A stretch of DNA of 64,000 bases from Vicinamibacteria bacterium (GTDB lineage: Bacteria; Acidobacteriota; Vicinamibacteria; Vicinamibacterales; JAENWD01). Under the pieces are notes generated by a model that saw only the letters and a program-made list of their open reading frames with translations, had not been told where the DNA came from and searched no databases. Within the stretch, counting starts at the first letter, position 1; every line of letters begins with the position of its first letter. The stretch lies in assembly GCA_963739995.1 (NCBI GenBank), contig CAVUCH010000018.1:208922-272921 (forward strand), read 5' to 3'. Of this stretch, positions 26,446 to 35,550 are shown piece after piece. A program made the translations under genes and the position numbers.

Positions 26446-27262
26446 CTATAACCGCGGGATAGTGAGGCCACCGTCCACGTTGATGATCGTGCCGGTTGCA
26501 TATGGGACGTCGCCGCGCAGCAGCGCGGCCACGGCCGCTCCGACGTCTTCCGGAGTACCCCAGCGACCCTCGGGCACCAGTCCGCCGGCGATGCGTGCGT
26601 CGTAGGTCTCCTTTACGCCCGCGGTCATGTCGGTAGCGATAATCCCCGGCCGGACCTCATACACCGGGACCCCGTGCGGCGCCAGGCGTGCGGCAAACAG
26701 CTTCACCGCCATCGCGAGCCCGGCCTTGCTGACACAGGTACTCGCCGCGATTCGGCGACGCCAGGTCGGCAGAGACGGACGTGATGAACACAATGGCGCT
26801 GCGTGGGACGGCCGTTTCTGCGCCCCGACGCTGCACCAGGACACGCGCGATCGCCTGTGTGAGGAAGTACGGACCCTGGAGGTTCGTCTTTATCAGTTCT
26901 TCGAAGCTCTCCTCGGAGGCCTCGAGCAGGTCGCCGCGGACACGTGGCGCGCGGCCGGCATTGTTCACGAGCGCATCGACGGCCCCGAGGCGGGCCAGCA
27001 CCTGGTCGACCAGACGCCTGCGATCCCCGGCGCTCGCCACGTCCGCCTGGATGTATTCCACGGGCCGGCCCCAGCGACGCAGTTCCGCCAGCACCTCCTG
27101 CACAGCATCCTGCGGCCGCACGCCGCAGAGCGCCAGGCCCCACCCCTCACGCGCCAGCGAGCGGCACACGCCAAGGCCGATGCCGCGCGTGCCGCCGGTC
27201 ACGACAGCCACGCGGTCGCGGGCAGATGCCGCGCTCTCGGAGAGAAGTGACGGTACAGGCAC
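26446..27262 (-). pseudogene. SDR family oxidoreductase (3-ketoacyl-ACP reductase-like) interrupted by a +1 frameshift
   Basis: The N-terminal frame (27262-26738) carries VVTGGTRGIG and ends ...SPNRGEY. The C-terminal frame resumes with [11 protein letters not shown]... and runs to the stop at 26446. One extra C (minus strand, position 26737) sits directly after the catalytic Tyr codon. Confidence 0.75.
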
Positions 27263-27267
27263 GTCGA

Positions 27268-28683
27268 TCAGTGTAGGCCCGGGGGCGAAGCCGGCCGGGC
27301 GATACCAGCTCCAAAAAATGCGAGATACGGCTCGCCGCGTGCGAGCCGCCGCACGTACAACGCAGCTTCGCGCGCGTGGTAGTCACCCCACTGGCTCGAC
27401 TCCCCGCGCGGCGTCCGCGCGCCCGCCGGCACGTGGTCCCAGCGGTTGGGCCAGTGATACACCGAATGCAGCAGCAGCCCTTCGTGGGCCGGGTCAGTCG
27501 CGAGGTACACGTCGGCCGCGTTGAACAACGTGTCGAGGGTACGCAGGCCCGCCTGTTCGTAGGCCGCCCCGTCCTCGCCACGCGCGGCCAGGACGCGGGC
27601 GAGCCGCAGCAGACCCTGTGAGGCGATGGCGGCGGCCGAACTGTCAACGGGCTCATGGTCGTTGAACGGATCTGCCGCACGGCCTCCCCAGTCACCGAGC
27701 GCCGCAAGTCCTGGCGCACCGGTGTCCCAATAGGGGACGCCGTCAGCGGCGGCGGCCTGGCTCATGTAATAGTCGGCGGTCGCACGCGCGGCCTCGAACA
27801 TCCAGGTGTCGACCGCCCTCCGACCGTCCCAGTCCTCCAGCGGGCCGTCCTCGAGAGTGGCAAGAAACTCGAGTTGTTCGGCAAATCCCAGAATCGCCCA
27901 GGCGAGGCCGCGCGTCCAGGTCGTGAAGGGCGAGTAGCCCTGCTGGCTGTTGGGGCTGCGGAAGGAGCCGTTGGCGACGTTGAAGATCGCTTCGTGCGCC
28001 ACGCGACCCCGCACATCGAACGCGTCCCGGCCGCGGCCGTAGTAGACGTTTGCTTCAGCCGTCGCATGGGCGTGCTGCACCAGCCGCCCGAGCAGGCTCA
28101 CGCGCGCATCCTGCTCGTCCATCAGCACGTGCCCGAGCGCGTGGCCGAGAGCAAGAATCCGCAGCGATCGCATCGTGTCCACGAAGAGCGAGTGCGTGCC
28201 GTTGAACGAGTGGATGTATCCGCCATCGGCCAGGCGGGTCCAGCGCCGGGCCTGCACGGCACCGCTCACCTTCAGCGCCAGCTCGTACAGGCGCAGCTCC
28301 CACTGGCCCGCCTCCAGCCGCCCCTCACGCGCGAGCCGCCAGAGCGTGCCGTAGGTGCTCACGGTGTTGAAGCCATGATCGTGGACACCCATGTGCGTCA
28401 GGTGTGGCGTCATATATGCGAGCGTGCGGGCGCGGCCGATCTCGAGAAAGGCTGCATCGCCCGTCGCGTCGAACTGCAGCAGGGAAGATCCGAACTGAAA
28501 GCCTTGCGTCCAGTCCGTCCATCCCCGTGCCTCGTACTTACCCTCCACCGTGAAGACCGGTGCGCCCGACGACTGGTCCCACCGCCGATCGAGTGCCTGG
28601 ATCTTGCCGGCTGACAGATCGAACAGCCGGTCGACGTGCGGGAGGAGATCGGCGGGCGTGCGGTGGCGGTCGATTGTGATCAT
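27268..28683 (-). CDS. glycoside hydrolase, GH88-like (unsaturated glucuronyl/galacturonyl hydrolase-like alpha/alpha toroid)
   Basis: Start taken at MITIDRH (28683). The segments GVHDHGFNTVSTYG and HSVYHWPNRWD, plus the repetitive helical pattern, resemble GH88/GH105-type enzymes. The family call is tentative. Confidence 0.7.
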   Translation of the reverse strand: MITIDRHRTPADLLPHVDRLFDLSAGKIQALDRRWDQSSGAPVFTVEGKYEARGWTDWTQGFQFGSSLLQFDATGDAAFLEIGRARTLAYMTPHLTHMGVHDHGFNTVSTYGTLWRLAREGRLEAGQWELRLYELALKVSGAVQARRWTRLADGGYIHSFNGTHSLFVDTMRSLRILALGHALGHVLMDEQDARVSLLGRLVQHAHATAEANVYYGRGRDAFDVRGRVAHEAIFNVANGSFRSPNSQQGYSPFTTWTRGLAWAILGFAEQLEFLATLEDGPLEDWDGRRAVDTWMFEAARATADYYMSQAAAADGVPYWDTGAPGLAALGDWGGRAADPFNDHEPVDSSAAAIASQGLLRLARVLAARGEDGAAYEQAGLRTLDTLFNAADVYLATDPAHEGLLLHSVYHWPNRWDHVPAGARTPRGESSQWGDYHAREAALYVRRLARGEPYLAFFGAGIARPASPPGLH

Positions 28684-28704
28684 CGAGGACAGTGTACAGA
28701 GGAA

Positions 28705-28729
28705 CACCGGGGCCCTTCGGGCCCCGGTG
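28705..28729 (-). terminator. hairpin with an 11-bp GC stem and a 3-4 nt central loop between the TonB receptor and the GH88-like gene
   Basis: CACCGGGGCCC-TTC-GGGCCCCGGTG; on the minus strand it is followed by TTCCTCTGT. Confidence 0.5.
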
Positions 28730-28822
28730 TCACACCGACAAGGTATTCAACTGCCGCCCGTGCGACCGGACGGAATGCAATCCCGCCAGCCGCCGGCCGC
28801 CAGGCAGAAGACCGTCGGGCCT

Positions 28823-31800
28823 TTAGAACCGCACCTTGACGCCGATCTGCACCTGCCGCTCGGTCGTGCCGCACAACGCGCATGACGCGCTCGAAAGCAT
28901 CGCAGTAATCTGGCCCGCCGTCCCGGCCTCGATGTTGCCGTTGGGCTGAGCGAACTGCGGGTGATTGAGCACGTTGAACGCCTCGATGCGAATCTCGGTG
29001 TCCAGGCGACCGATCTGCGTGTTCTTGATGAGCGAGGCGTCGATGTTGAACTGCCCCGGCCCTCGGAGAATGTTGCGCCCCGAGTTGCCGAAGGTGCCGG
29101 TCGTGTCCGCCGGAGGGGCAAAGCACGAGAGATCGAACCAGCGCTCGATCGTGGGATTATTCAGCTTCCCGTTGCACAGCCGATCCGGGCGATTGGCGGA
29201 GCCCGTGGATCGCACATTCTGGTTCTGCGATGGCGTGAACGGCAGGCCCGAGCGGAGGTAGAGAATGCCGTTCACCTGCCACCCGCCGTAGAACGCGTCG
29301 CGCGCCCATGGCAGCTCGTAGATCCAGCTCGAGCTGAAAGTGTGCCGCACGTCATAGTCTGACGGCCCCCGGTTGTAGCCGAGATCGTACGCGTTGCTGA
29401 TCCCCGCTTCGTTGTCAGACGCCAAGTCGATCGACTTGCCCAGCGTATAGCTGTTCATGAACGAGAAGTTGTTCGCGAAACGTCGCTGGAATTTGAGGAG
29501 CAGCGCGTGGTAGTCGATGGTGCCCACCGACTGAGACTGGCTGAGAGACCGGACGTCGGGCGCCAGCGTGATGTACGGCCGGTTGACGTTCGCGTCGCTC
29601 ACGCCGACGACCGGTGGCGCCTGGTTGATGTCGACCTTGAGCACCATGTGCCGGCCCCGCGAACCAGCGTATGCGGCCTCCACCAGGTAGTTCGAGCCGA
29701 GCGCGCGCTGGATGTTCACGTTGTAGTTCTGCGCGTACCCATCGCGGAAGTTCACGTCGAAGATCGAACGCGTGTTCCCTGCCGGCGGGCGGGTCGGATC
29801 CACGCCCGTCGGGAGCGGCAGGCCGTCCTTGACGAGCAGCGTGACACCGGTCGACGACACCGGCGTCGGCGTGAGCGCCAGCGCCTGGAGGAACGGCGGG
29901 TTCTGAGCCTTCGACGAGGATGTTCCTCCGGGCGTGAAATTCCAGAACAGACCGAACCCGCCACGGACAATCGTCTTGCCGCTGCCGTCCAGGTCGTACG
30001 CGAAACCCAGACGCGGGCCGACATCGCCCTTGGAGTAGGTCTGAAGACGCCGTCCCAACCGGTCCCCGCCGATTGTGGCGTCGTCGGACGCCAGCACGAA
30101 AGTGCCGTTCGTCTCGTCGAAGTTCGACTGCCGATCGTCGACTTCGATCCAGGGCGGGTACACATCCCACCGCAGGCCCAGATTCAACGTCAGCTTGTTG
30201 GTGGCGCGCCAGTCGTCCTGCACGTACACGGAGAACTCCGGCCGCGTCTCGGTGTAGGTCTCGACCGCCCCCGACTCCGTAAGGCCCGAGAGATTCCGGA
30301 TCTTTTGAGAGGAGTAGCCAAGCAGGAAGCTGGCGACGTCGAACCCCGAATTGGCGTTGAGCACGCAGCTTGCCGGCTGACCAGCGCAGTTCGACGTCTG
30401 GTTGTTGTTGAACTGGAACTGGCCGACGATGTTGTCGGCGTTGAGGATCTCACGGGAGCGCAGCGTGAGGCTCCCGCCGGACTTCCACGTGTGGCGGCCC
30501 TTGATCCAGGTCACGTTGTCGAATATCTGGAAGTCGTTCTGGTTCGTGATCAGCGGCTGGTTGCTGTTGGCCCCCAGGTTCCGGATGTTTTGAAAGTTGA
30601 GCTGGGTCATCGCCGACGTCGACGGGTTGACGTTGATGCCCGGGATGCCCATCTGCGCCGCGAGGTTCTGACCGGCATCGATGGACGTCATGAAGAACTT
30701 GATCTGGGTCCAGCCGAACCGGAACTCGTTCAGCCAGTTGCTGCTGAACGTGTGCGTGTCATTGAACGCAAGGCCCTGCGCCTTGATGTTGCCGTCGCCG
30801 GCCCCGAAGGTAGCGCCGGCGTCGCCGTGAGGCAGCGTGGCGGGCTGCAGCCGATGCGTCTTCTGATAGCTGTAGCGCGTGAAGAAGCGATTGTTGGCGG
30901 TGAGGTTGTGGTCAACCTTGACATCGAACTGGTTGTCCTGCCGCTCCTTGACCGGGTTGATCAAATAGTTGTTGACCGGCTGGCCGGCGCTGCCGATCGT
31001 GCCCGTCGTGTTCGGCTCCGGATAGAGCTGCTCAAGAATGTTTCTGGACGCCGGGTCCCACCGCGCCTCGGGGATGATGTTCCCCGCGAACGGCTGTCCG
31101 GTCGTCGGGTCGTAGATGACACGGCTCAACTCCGTGAAGTTCCCCTGCCGCATCAGCATGGACGGAACGTTCGACAGGAACGTCTGTCCCTGTTCCTCGC
31201 GGTGACCCTGGTAATCGGCGAAGAAGAACGTCCGGTCCTTGAACAGCGGACCGCCGAACGACCCCCCGAACTGGTTCTGCTTGAAATCGGGCTTCGCGCG
31301 CCCCGCGCGGTTGTTGAAGAAGTTGTTGGCGTCGAGTGCATCGTTCCGGTGGAACTCGAAGACGCTTCCTCTGTAGCTGTTCGTGCCGGACTTGATTTGC
31401 AGGTTGACGACGCCGCCGAGCGACCGGCCGAATTCGGCCGAGTAGGTGCTCGTCTGCAGCTTGAACTCATCGAGGGCGTCGACGCTCGGAAAAAGGACCA
31501 CCGTCTGCAGCCACGTCTCGTTGTTGTCCACGCCGTCGAGCATGTAGTTGTTGTCGCGCGATCGCTGCCCATTGGCGGAGAACGACGCGGAGGCGCGCCA
31601 CGCCAGGCTGCCTGCGCCGTCGATGTTCGATCCCGGGATGCCGCGCAGCACTCCGGGCACGGTGCGGGTCAGGCTGACGAAGTTCCTGCCGTTCAGCGGA
31701 AGGGTCTGAATCTGTTCCTCGACGACGGTCGTGCCAAGCTCGGAGGTCGACGTCTGAAGGAGCGGCGTCGCCGCCTGGATCGTCACCGACTCCGTCATGT

Positions 31801-32164
31801 TGCCGATTTCGAGCGTGAGGTCCATCCTCACGCGCTGACTGACCCCGAGCTCGATGCCGGAGAGCGCCGCGGTCTTGAATCCTGCCATCTCGGCGGTTAC
31901 GAGATACGTTCCAGTCGGCAGCGATGGCGCGGTGTATTCCCCCGCGTTGTCGCTCGTGACCGTCCGCGTCAGCCCGGTTCCCGTGTTGGTGATTGTGACC
32001 TTCGCACCAGACACGATTGCTCCAGTCGAGTCGACGACGGTTCCAACGATGGTGCCTGTCACCGCCTGCGCAGCGACAACGCCCGGCAGGCACGAGACGA
32101 GTCCGATGCAGACGAGGAAGACCGCGGCCATCCGGCCGAACGACGTACCAGCACGCTCGCTCAT
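28823..32164 (-). CDS. TonB-dependent receptor with N-terminal carboxypeptidase-regulatory-like domain
   Basis: Start at MSERAGTSFGRMAAVFLV (signal peptide), then GTIVGTVVDSTGAIVSGAKVTITN (CarbopepD_reg-like), a plug region (LNGRNFVSL) and a long beta-barrel ending ...QIGVKVRF. The 1409-aa tracked ORF is an artefactual extension. Confidence 0.9.
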   Translation of the reverse strand: MSERAGTSFGRMAAVFLVCIGLVSCLPGVVAAQAVTGTIVGTVVDSTGAIVSGAKVTITNTGTGLTRTVTSDNAGEYTAPSLPTGTYLVTAEMAGFKTAALSGIELGVSQRVRMDLTLEIGNMTESVTIQAATPLLQTSTSELGTTVVEEQIQTLPLNGRNFVSLTRTVPGVLRGIPGSNIDGAGSLAWRASASFSANGQRSRDNNYMLDGVDNNETWLQTVVLFPSVDALDEFKLQTSTYSAEFGRSLGGVVNLQIKSGTNSYRGSVFEFHRNDALDANNFFNNRAGRAKPDFKQNQFGGSFGGPLFKDRTFFFADYQGHREEQGQTFLSNVPSMLMRQGNFTELSRVIYDPTTGQPFAGNIIPEARWDPASRNILEQLYPEPNTTGTIGSAGQPVNNYLINPVKERQDNQFDVKVDHNLTANNRFFTRYSYQKTHRLQPATLPHGDAGATFGAGDGNIKAQGLAFNDTHTFSSNWLNEFRFGWTQIKFFMTSIDAGQNLAAQMGIPGINVNPSTSAMTQLNFQNIRNLGANSNQPLITNQNDFQIFDNVTWIKGRHTWKSGGSLTLRSREILNADNIVGQFQFNNNQTSNCAGQPASCVLNANSGFDVASFLLGYSSQKIRNLSGLTESGAVETYTETRPEFSVYVQDDWRATNKLTLNLGLRWDVYPPWIEVDDRQSNFDETNGTFVLASDDATIGGDRLGRRLQTYSKGDVGPRLGFAYDLDGSGKTIVRGGFGLFWNFTPGGTSSSKAQNPPFLQALALTPTPVSSTGVTLLVKDGLPLPTGVDPTRPPAGNTRSIFDVNFRDGYAQNYNVNIQRALGSNYLVEAAYAGSRGRHMVLKVDINQAPPVVGVSDANVNRPYITLAPDVRSLSQSQSVGTIDYHALLLKFQRRFANNFSFMNSYTLGKSIDLASDNEAGISNAYDLGYNRGPSDYDVRHTFSSSWIYELPWARDAFYGGWQVNGILYLRSGLPFTPSQNQNVRSTGSANRPDRLCNGKLNNPTIERWFDLSCFAPPADTTGTFGNSGRNILRGPGQFNIDASLIKNTQIGRLDTEIRIEAFNVLNHPQFAQPNGNIEAGTAGQITAMLSSASCALCGTTERQVQIGVKVRF

Positions 32165-32429
32165 CGATGCCTCCCGGCGGTTGAGTGACCACCTGTTGGG
32201 CGCATGAAACACGGGACACTGAGAGAGCGGCGATGCGACGTCTCTGCGAACAGCGTGGTGTCGCGCGGCATGGCCAGCTACCCTCATTCGGACGTCTAGC
32301 GCGGCATCGTATATCATATGCGACGCTCTGCGAACAAATGAGCTTGGTATCTCTCGAACAACCGCGAATGCCGCCGTGTCGCGCGGTGCACGGCGCCACC
32401 CTCCGCCGATGTCAGTGGACCCGTGCTCG

Positions 32430-35273
32430 ATGCTGACGTCGTGTAGCCACGCCGAGGGTACCCGCCTGACCTGCGCCGCTGCGACGCTCGCGGCCGCCCT
32501 GGCCTTCGTGCCCGCCGGTTCCCATGCCACCGTCAACTCGGAGGGAGTGCCGGCCCACGCACAGGCGCCGCACCCGTCGGGAACAATCGCGGTACTCCAG
32601 CGGTCATTCGAGGCCCCGCCGGCCGATGCGGCGCCGATGATGCGCTGGTGGTGGTTCGGTCCCTCGGTCACCCATACGCAACTCGAGCGCGAGATGCGCG
32701 CGATGAAGGCCGGCGGGATCGGCGGGTTCGAGGTCCAGCCTGTGTACCCGCTCGCGCTTGATGACGAAGCCACCGGGGTTCGCACGCTGCCGTTCCTGTC
32801 GGACGAGTTCCTCGACGCGCTGCGATTCGTGTCCGACAAGGCACGCGAGCTGGGTCTGCGCATGGACCTCACGCTTGGCAGCGGCTGGCCGTTTGGCGGA
32901 CCGGGCGTGCCGATCGCAGCCGCCTCCGCCAGGCTGCGTGTGGAACGAAGGGAGGTTTCGCCTGGTGAACGCGCCGTGGCGGTTCCGGACCTCGGTGGCG
33001 GCGAACGCCTGATCGCCGTGTTCCTGGACGAGGCTGCGGTTGAATCCGCCACGCCGCGCCGATCCCGTCTGGTGTTGCCGGCCGATCACCGTCTGCCGAT
33101 CCCCGCGGATGCCACAGGCCCGCTCCGCGTGCAGTTCTTCATCGCCAGCCGCACCGGCATGCAGGTGAAGAGGGCCGCCATTGGTGGCGAGGGCTTCGTC
33201 CTGGATCATTACGACCGCAAGGCGCTCGACGGGTACTTGAGGGTGGTGGGCGATCGCCTGATGTCGGCCTTCCGTGGACACCCTCCGTTCGCGGTGTTCT
33301 GCGATAGCCTCGAGGCCTACGAGGGCGACTGGACAGGTGACCTGCTCGACGAATTCAACCGCCGGCGCGGCTATGACCTCGCGCCCCACCTGCCCGCCCT
33401 CGTGGAAGGAGGCACACGCGACTCGGAGGACGTTCGCCACGATTGGGGCCGCACGCTGACCGAGCTGATGAACGACCGCTTTCTCGCACCGCTGCACGAG
33501 TGGGCCGCCCGGGCCGGGACACGCCTGCGCGCGCAGGCGTACGGAATCCCTCCGGCCTCGCTCTCGAGCAACGCGCTGGTCGACATCTCCGATGGCGAGG
33601 GCGCCCAGTGGACCCGTCTCACGGCATCGCGATGGGCATCCTCCGCCGCGCACCTCTTCGGCCGCGACGTGGCGTCGTCCGAAACCTGGACCTGGCTGCG
33701 CTCGCCGGCGTTTCGCGCGGGACCGCTCGACATGAAGGTCGAAGCCGACCGCCACTTCCTGCAGGGCATCAATCAGCTCGTGGGTCATGGCTGGCCATAC
33801 ACACCGTCCGGCGTCGACGAACCAGGCTGGCGTTTCTACGCCGCCGGCGTGTTCAACGACCGGAACCCGTGGTGGATTGTCATGCCCGACCTCGCGCGAT
33901 ACCTGCAACGCGTCAGCTTCCTGCTGCGGCAAGGCGACCCGGTCGCGGACGTGGCCGTCTACCTGCCGACGAGCGACGCGTGGGCCCGCTTCACGCCCGG
34001 TCACGTCAACCTGTTCGACACGTTGCGGGACCGTCTGGGCCCAGACCTGCTGGGCACCATCACCGCGGCTGGGTACGGATTCGATCTGTTCGACGATGAG
34101 GCGCTCGCTCGGATCGGGCGCCTGGACGGGAACCGGCTGCTGCTTGGCAGGCTCGCCTACCAGATCGTGATCCTGCCCGGTGTCGAGCGGGTGCCGCCAG
34201 CAACGATGCGGACGCTCGAGGCGTTCGCGCGCAAGGGGGGCGTGGTCGTGGCCACGCGACGTATTCCGGATCGGGCGCCTGGCCTCCAGGCAACCGCCCA
34301 GGAGCGCGCCGATGTGCGGGCCGCGGCGGCGCGACTGTTTGGCGGGTCCGTTTCGCCGCGGCGCTTCATCGCCGATGAGCGAGAGGAGCTCCTGACGACG
34401 CTGCGCGCCTCGTTGCGTCCCGACCTGCGGATGACACCGGCGGTGCCGGACGTCGGCTTCGTACACCGGCGGCTCCCGTTCGCCGATGTGTACTTCGTGG
34501 CGAACACTTCGAACGTCACCGTCCGCACGAGCGCCGCGTTCCGCGTGGGACGACGGAGCGCGGAATTGTGGGACCCGATGGCGGGCGCGGTATCCGTGCT
34601 CGTCGCGGACGCGCCGGATGCCGGCGAGGTCACGCTGCCGCTCACGCTGGAACCGTACGCGTCGAGGGTTGTCGTTTTCACCGATCGGGCGCTGCCCGCC
34701 CAGCCACGCGGGCGCGCCGTCCGTGCCCCAGCGCCGATCTCACTCGCGGACGGATGGCGTCTCAGGTTCCCAGACGAGCCGGAGCCGCGCCCGGCTGCGC
34801 CGCTTCGGTCGTGGACCCTGGATGAGCCGCGGCGGTACTTCTCGGGCGTCGGCACCTACGAGCGAGAGGTTCGCGTCCCACAGTCGCTGGTGGGTAGCAG
34901 CGTCGGCGTGCGGCTCGACTTCGGCGAGGCCCGCGCTCTTCCGCAACAGGATCTCGAGCGCGGCATGCAGGCGTGGCTCGATGCGCCGGTGCGCGAGGCG
35001 GCCGTCGTGTGGATCAACGGCGTGCGCGTCGGCTCGGTGTGGTGCCCGCCGTACGCGCTCGACGTGTCGCAGGCCTTGCGGGCCGGCAGCAACCACATTC
35101 GGATCGACGTCGCCAACCTTGCGCTCAATGCGATGGCTGGACGGGCGCTGCCGTCGTACCGGCTGCTGAATGCGCGCTACGGTACGCGATTCGAGCCGCA
35201 GGACATGGACAAGGTGCGGCCGGAACCGTCCGGGTTGCTCGGTGAGATCCGACTCGTGCCGTTCGAACGGTAG
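32430..35273 (+). CDS. large secreted glycosyl hydrolase (alpha-L-rhamnosidase/GH106-like or GH2-like; family uncertain)
   Basis: The long ORF has a signal peptide (LTCAAATLAAALAFVPAGSHA), the N-terminal motif PMMRWWWFGP and the segment GGIGGFEVQPVYP seen in this group of glycosidases. The start could also be 32376 or 32409. Confidence 0.75.
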   Translation: MLTSCSHAEGTRLTCAAATLAAALAFVPAGSHATVNSEGVPAHAQAPHPSGTIAVLQRSFEAPPADAAPMMRWWWFGPSVTHTQLEREMRAMKAGGIGGFEVQPVYPLALDDEATGVRTLPFLSDEFLDALRFVSDKARELGLRMDLTLGSGWPFGGPGVPIAAASARLRVERREVSPGERAVAVPDLGGGERLIAVFLDEAAVESATPRRSRLVLPADHRLPIPADATGPLRVQFFIASRTGMQVKRAAIGGEGFVLDHYDRKALDGYLRVVGDRLMSAFRGHPPFAVFCDSLEAYEGDWTGDLLDEFNRRRGYDLAPHLPALVEGGTRDSEDVRHDWGRTLTELMNDRFLAPLHEWAARAGTRLRAQAYGIPPASLSSNALVDISDGEGAQWTRLTASRWASSAAHLFGRDVASSETWTWLRSPAFRAGPLDMKVEADRHFLQGINQLVGHGWPYTPSGVDEPGWRFYAAGVFNDRNPWWIVMPDLARYLQRVSFLLRQGDPVADVAVYLPTSDAWARFTPGHVNLFDTLRDRLGPDLLGTITAAGYGFDLFDDEALARIGRLDGNRLLLGRLAYQIVILPGVERVPPATMRTLEAFARKGGVVVATRRIPDRAPGLQATAQERADVRAAAARLFGGSVSPRRFIADEREELLTTLRASLRPDLRMTPAVPDVGFVHRRLPFADVYFVANTSNVTVRTSAAFRVGRRSAELWDPMAGAVSVLVADAPDAGEVTLPLTLEPYASRVVVFTDRALPAQPRGRAVRAPAPISLADGWRLRFPDEPEPRPAAPLRSWTLDEPRRYFSGVGTYEREVRVPQSLVGSSVGVRLDFGEARALPQQDLERGMQAWLDAPVREAAVVWINGVRVGSVWCPPYALDVSQALRAGSNHIRIDVANLALNAMAGRALPSYRLLNARYGTRFEPQDMDKVRPEPSGLLGEIRLVPFER

Positions 35274-35296
35274 TCGGCCTCGGTGCGCCTTCCTGC

Positions 35297-35332
35297 CACA
35301 CCGGGACTGAAGTCCCGGCGTTGAACAGATAC
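35297..35332. repeat. REP-like hairpin repeat copy
   Basis: CACACCGGGACTGAAGTCCCGGCGTTGAACAGATAC shares the core with the copies at 26238-26318 and 39763-39800. Confidence 0.5.
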
Positions 35333-35550
35333 AATCTGCAGCGGCCGCCAGCACGTGTCGCGCGGAATCTGCAACGCTGGCCCACGATAGCCGCCGCGGA
35401 TTTCGATGCGGGACGGCGTGCGTGCGCCGATCTGCCAACGCGCGGGTGACGCCAGGAGGCTCGCGAATCGGGCCGGGTTCTTGCTGGGCAGCCGCGAAAG
35501 CCGTTTGAGTCGCCGTCGTCCCGTGCCCCCGGGTCCTCCGTTCGCAGCGC

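Noticed and set aside
32165-33052. N-terminal 296-aa extension of the TonB-receptor ORF (tracked as 28823-33052)
   Set aside because: The extension is low-complexity and overlaps the divergent glycosidase gene. A good signal peptide begins at the internal ATG at 32164.
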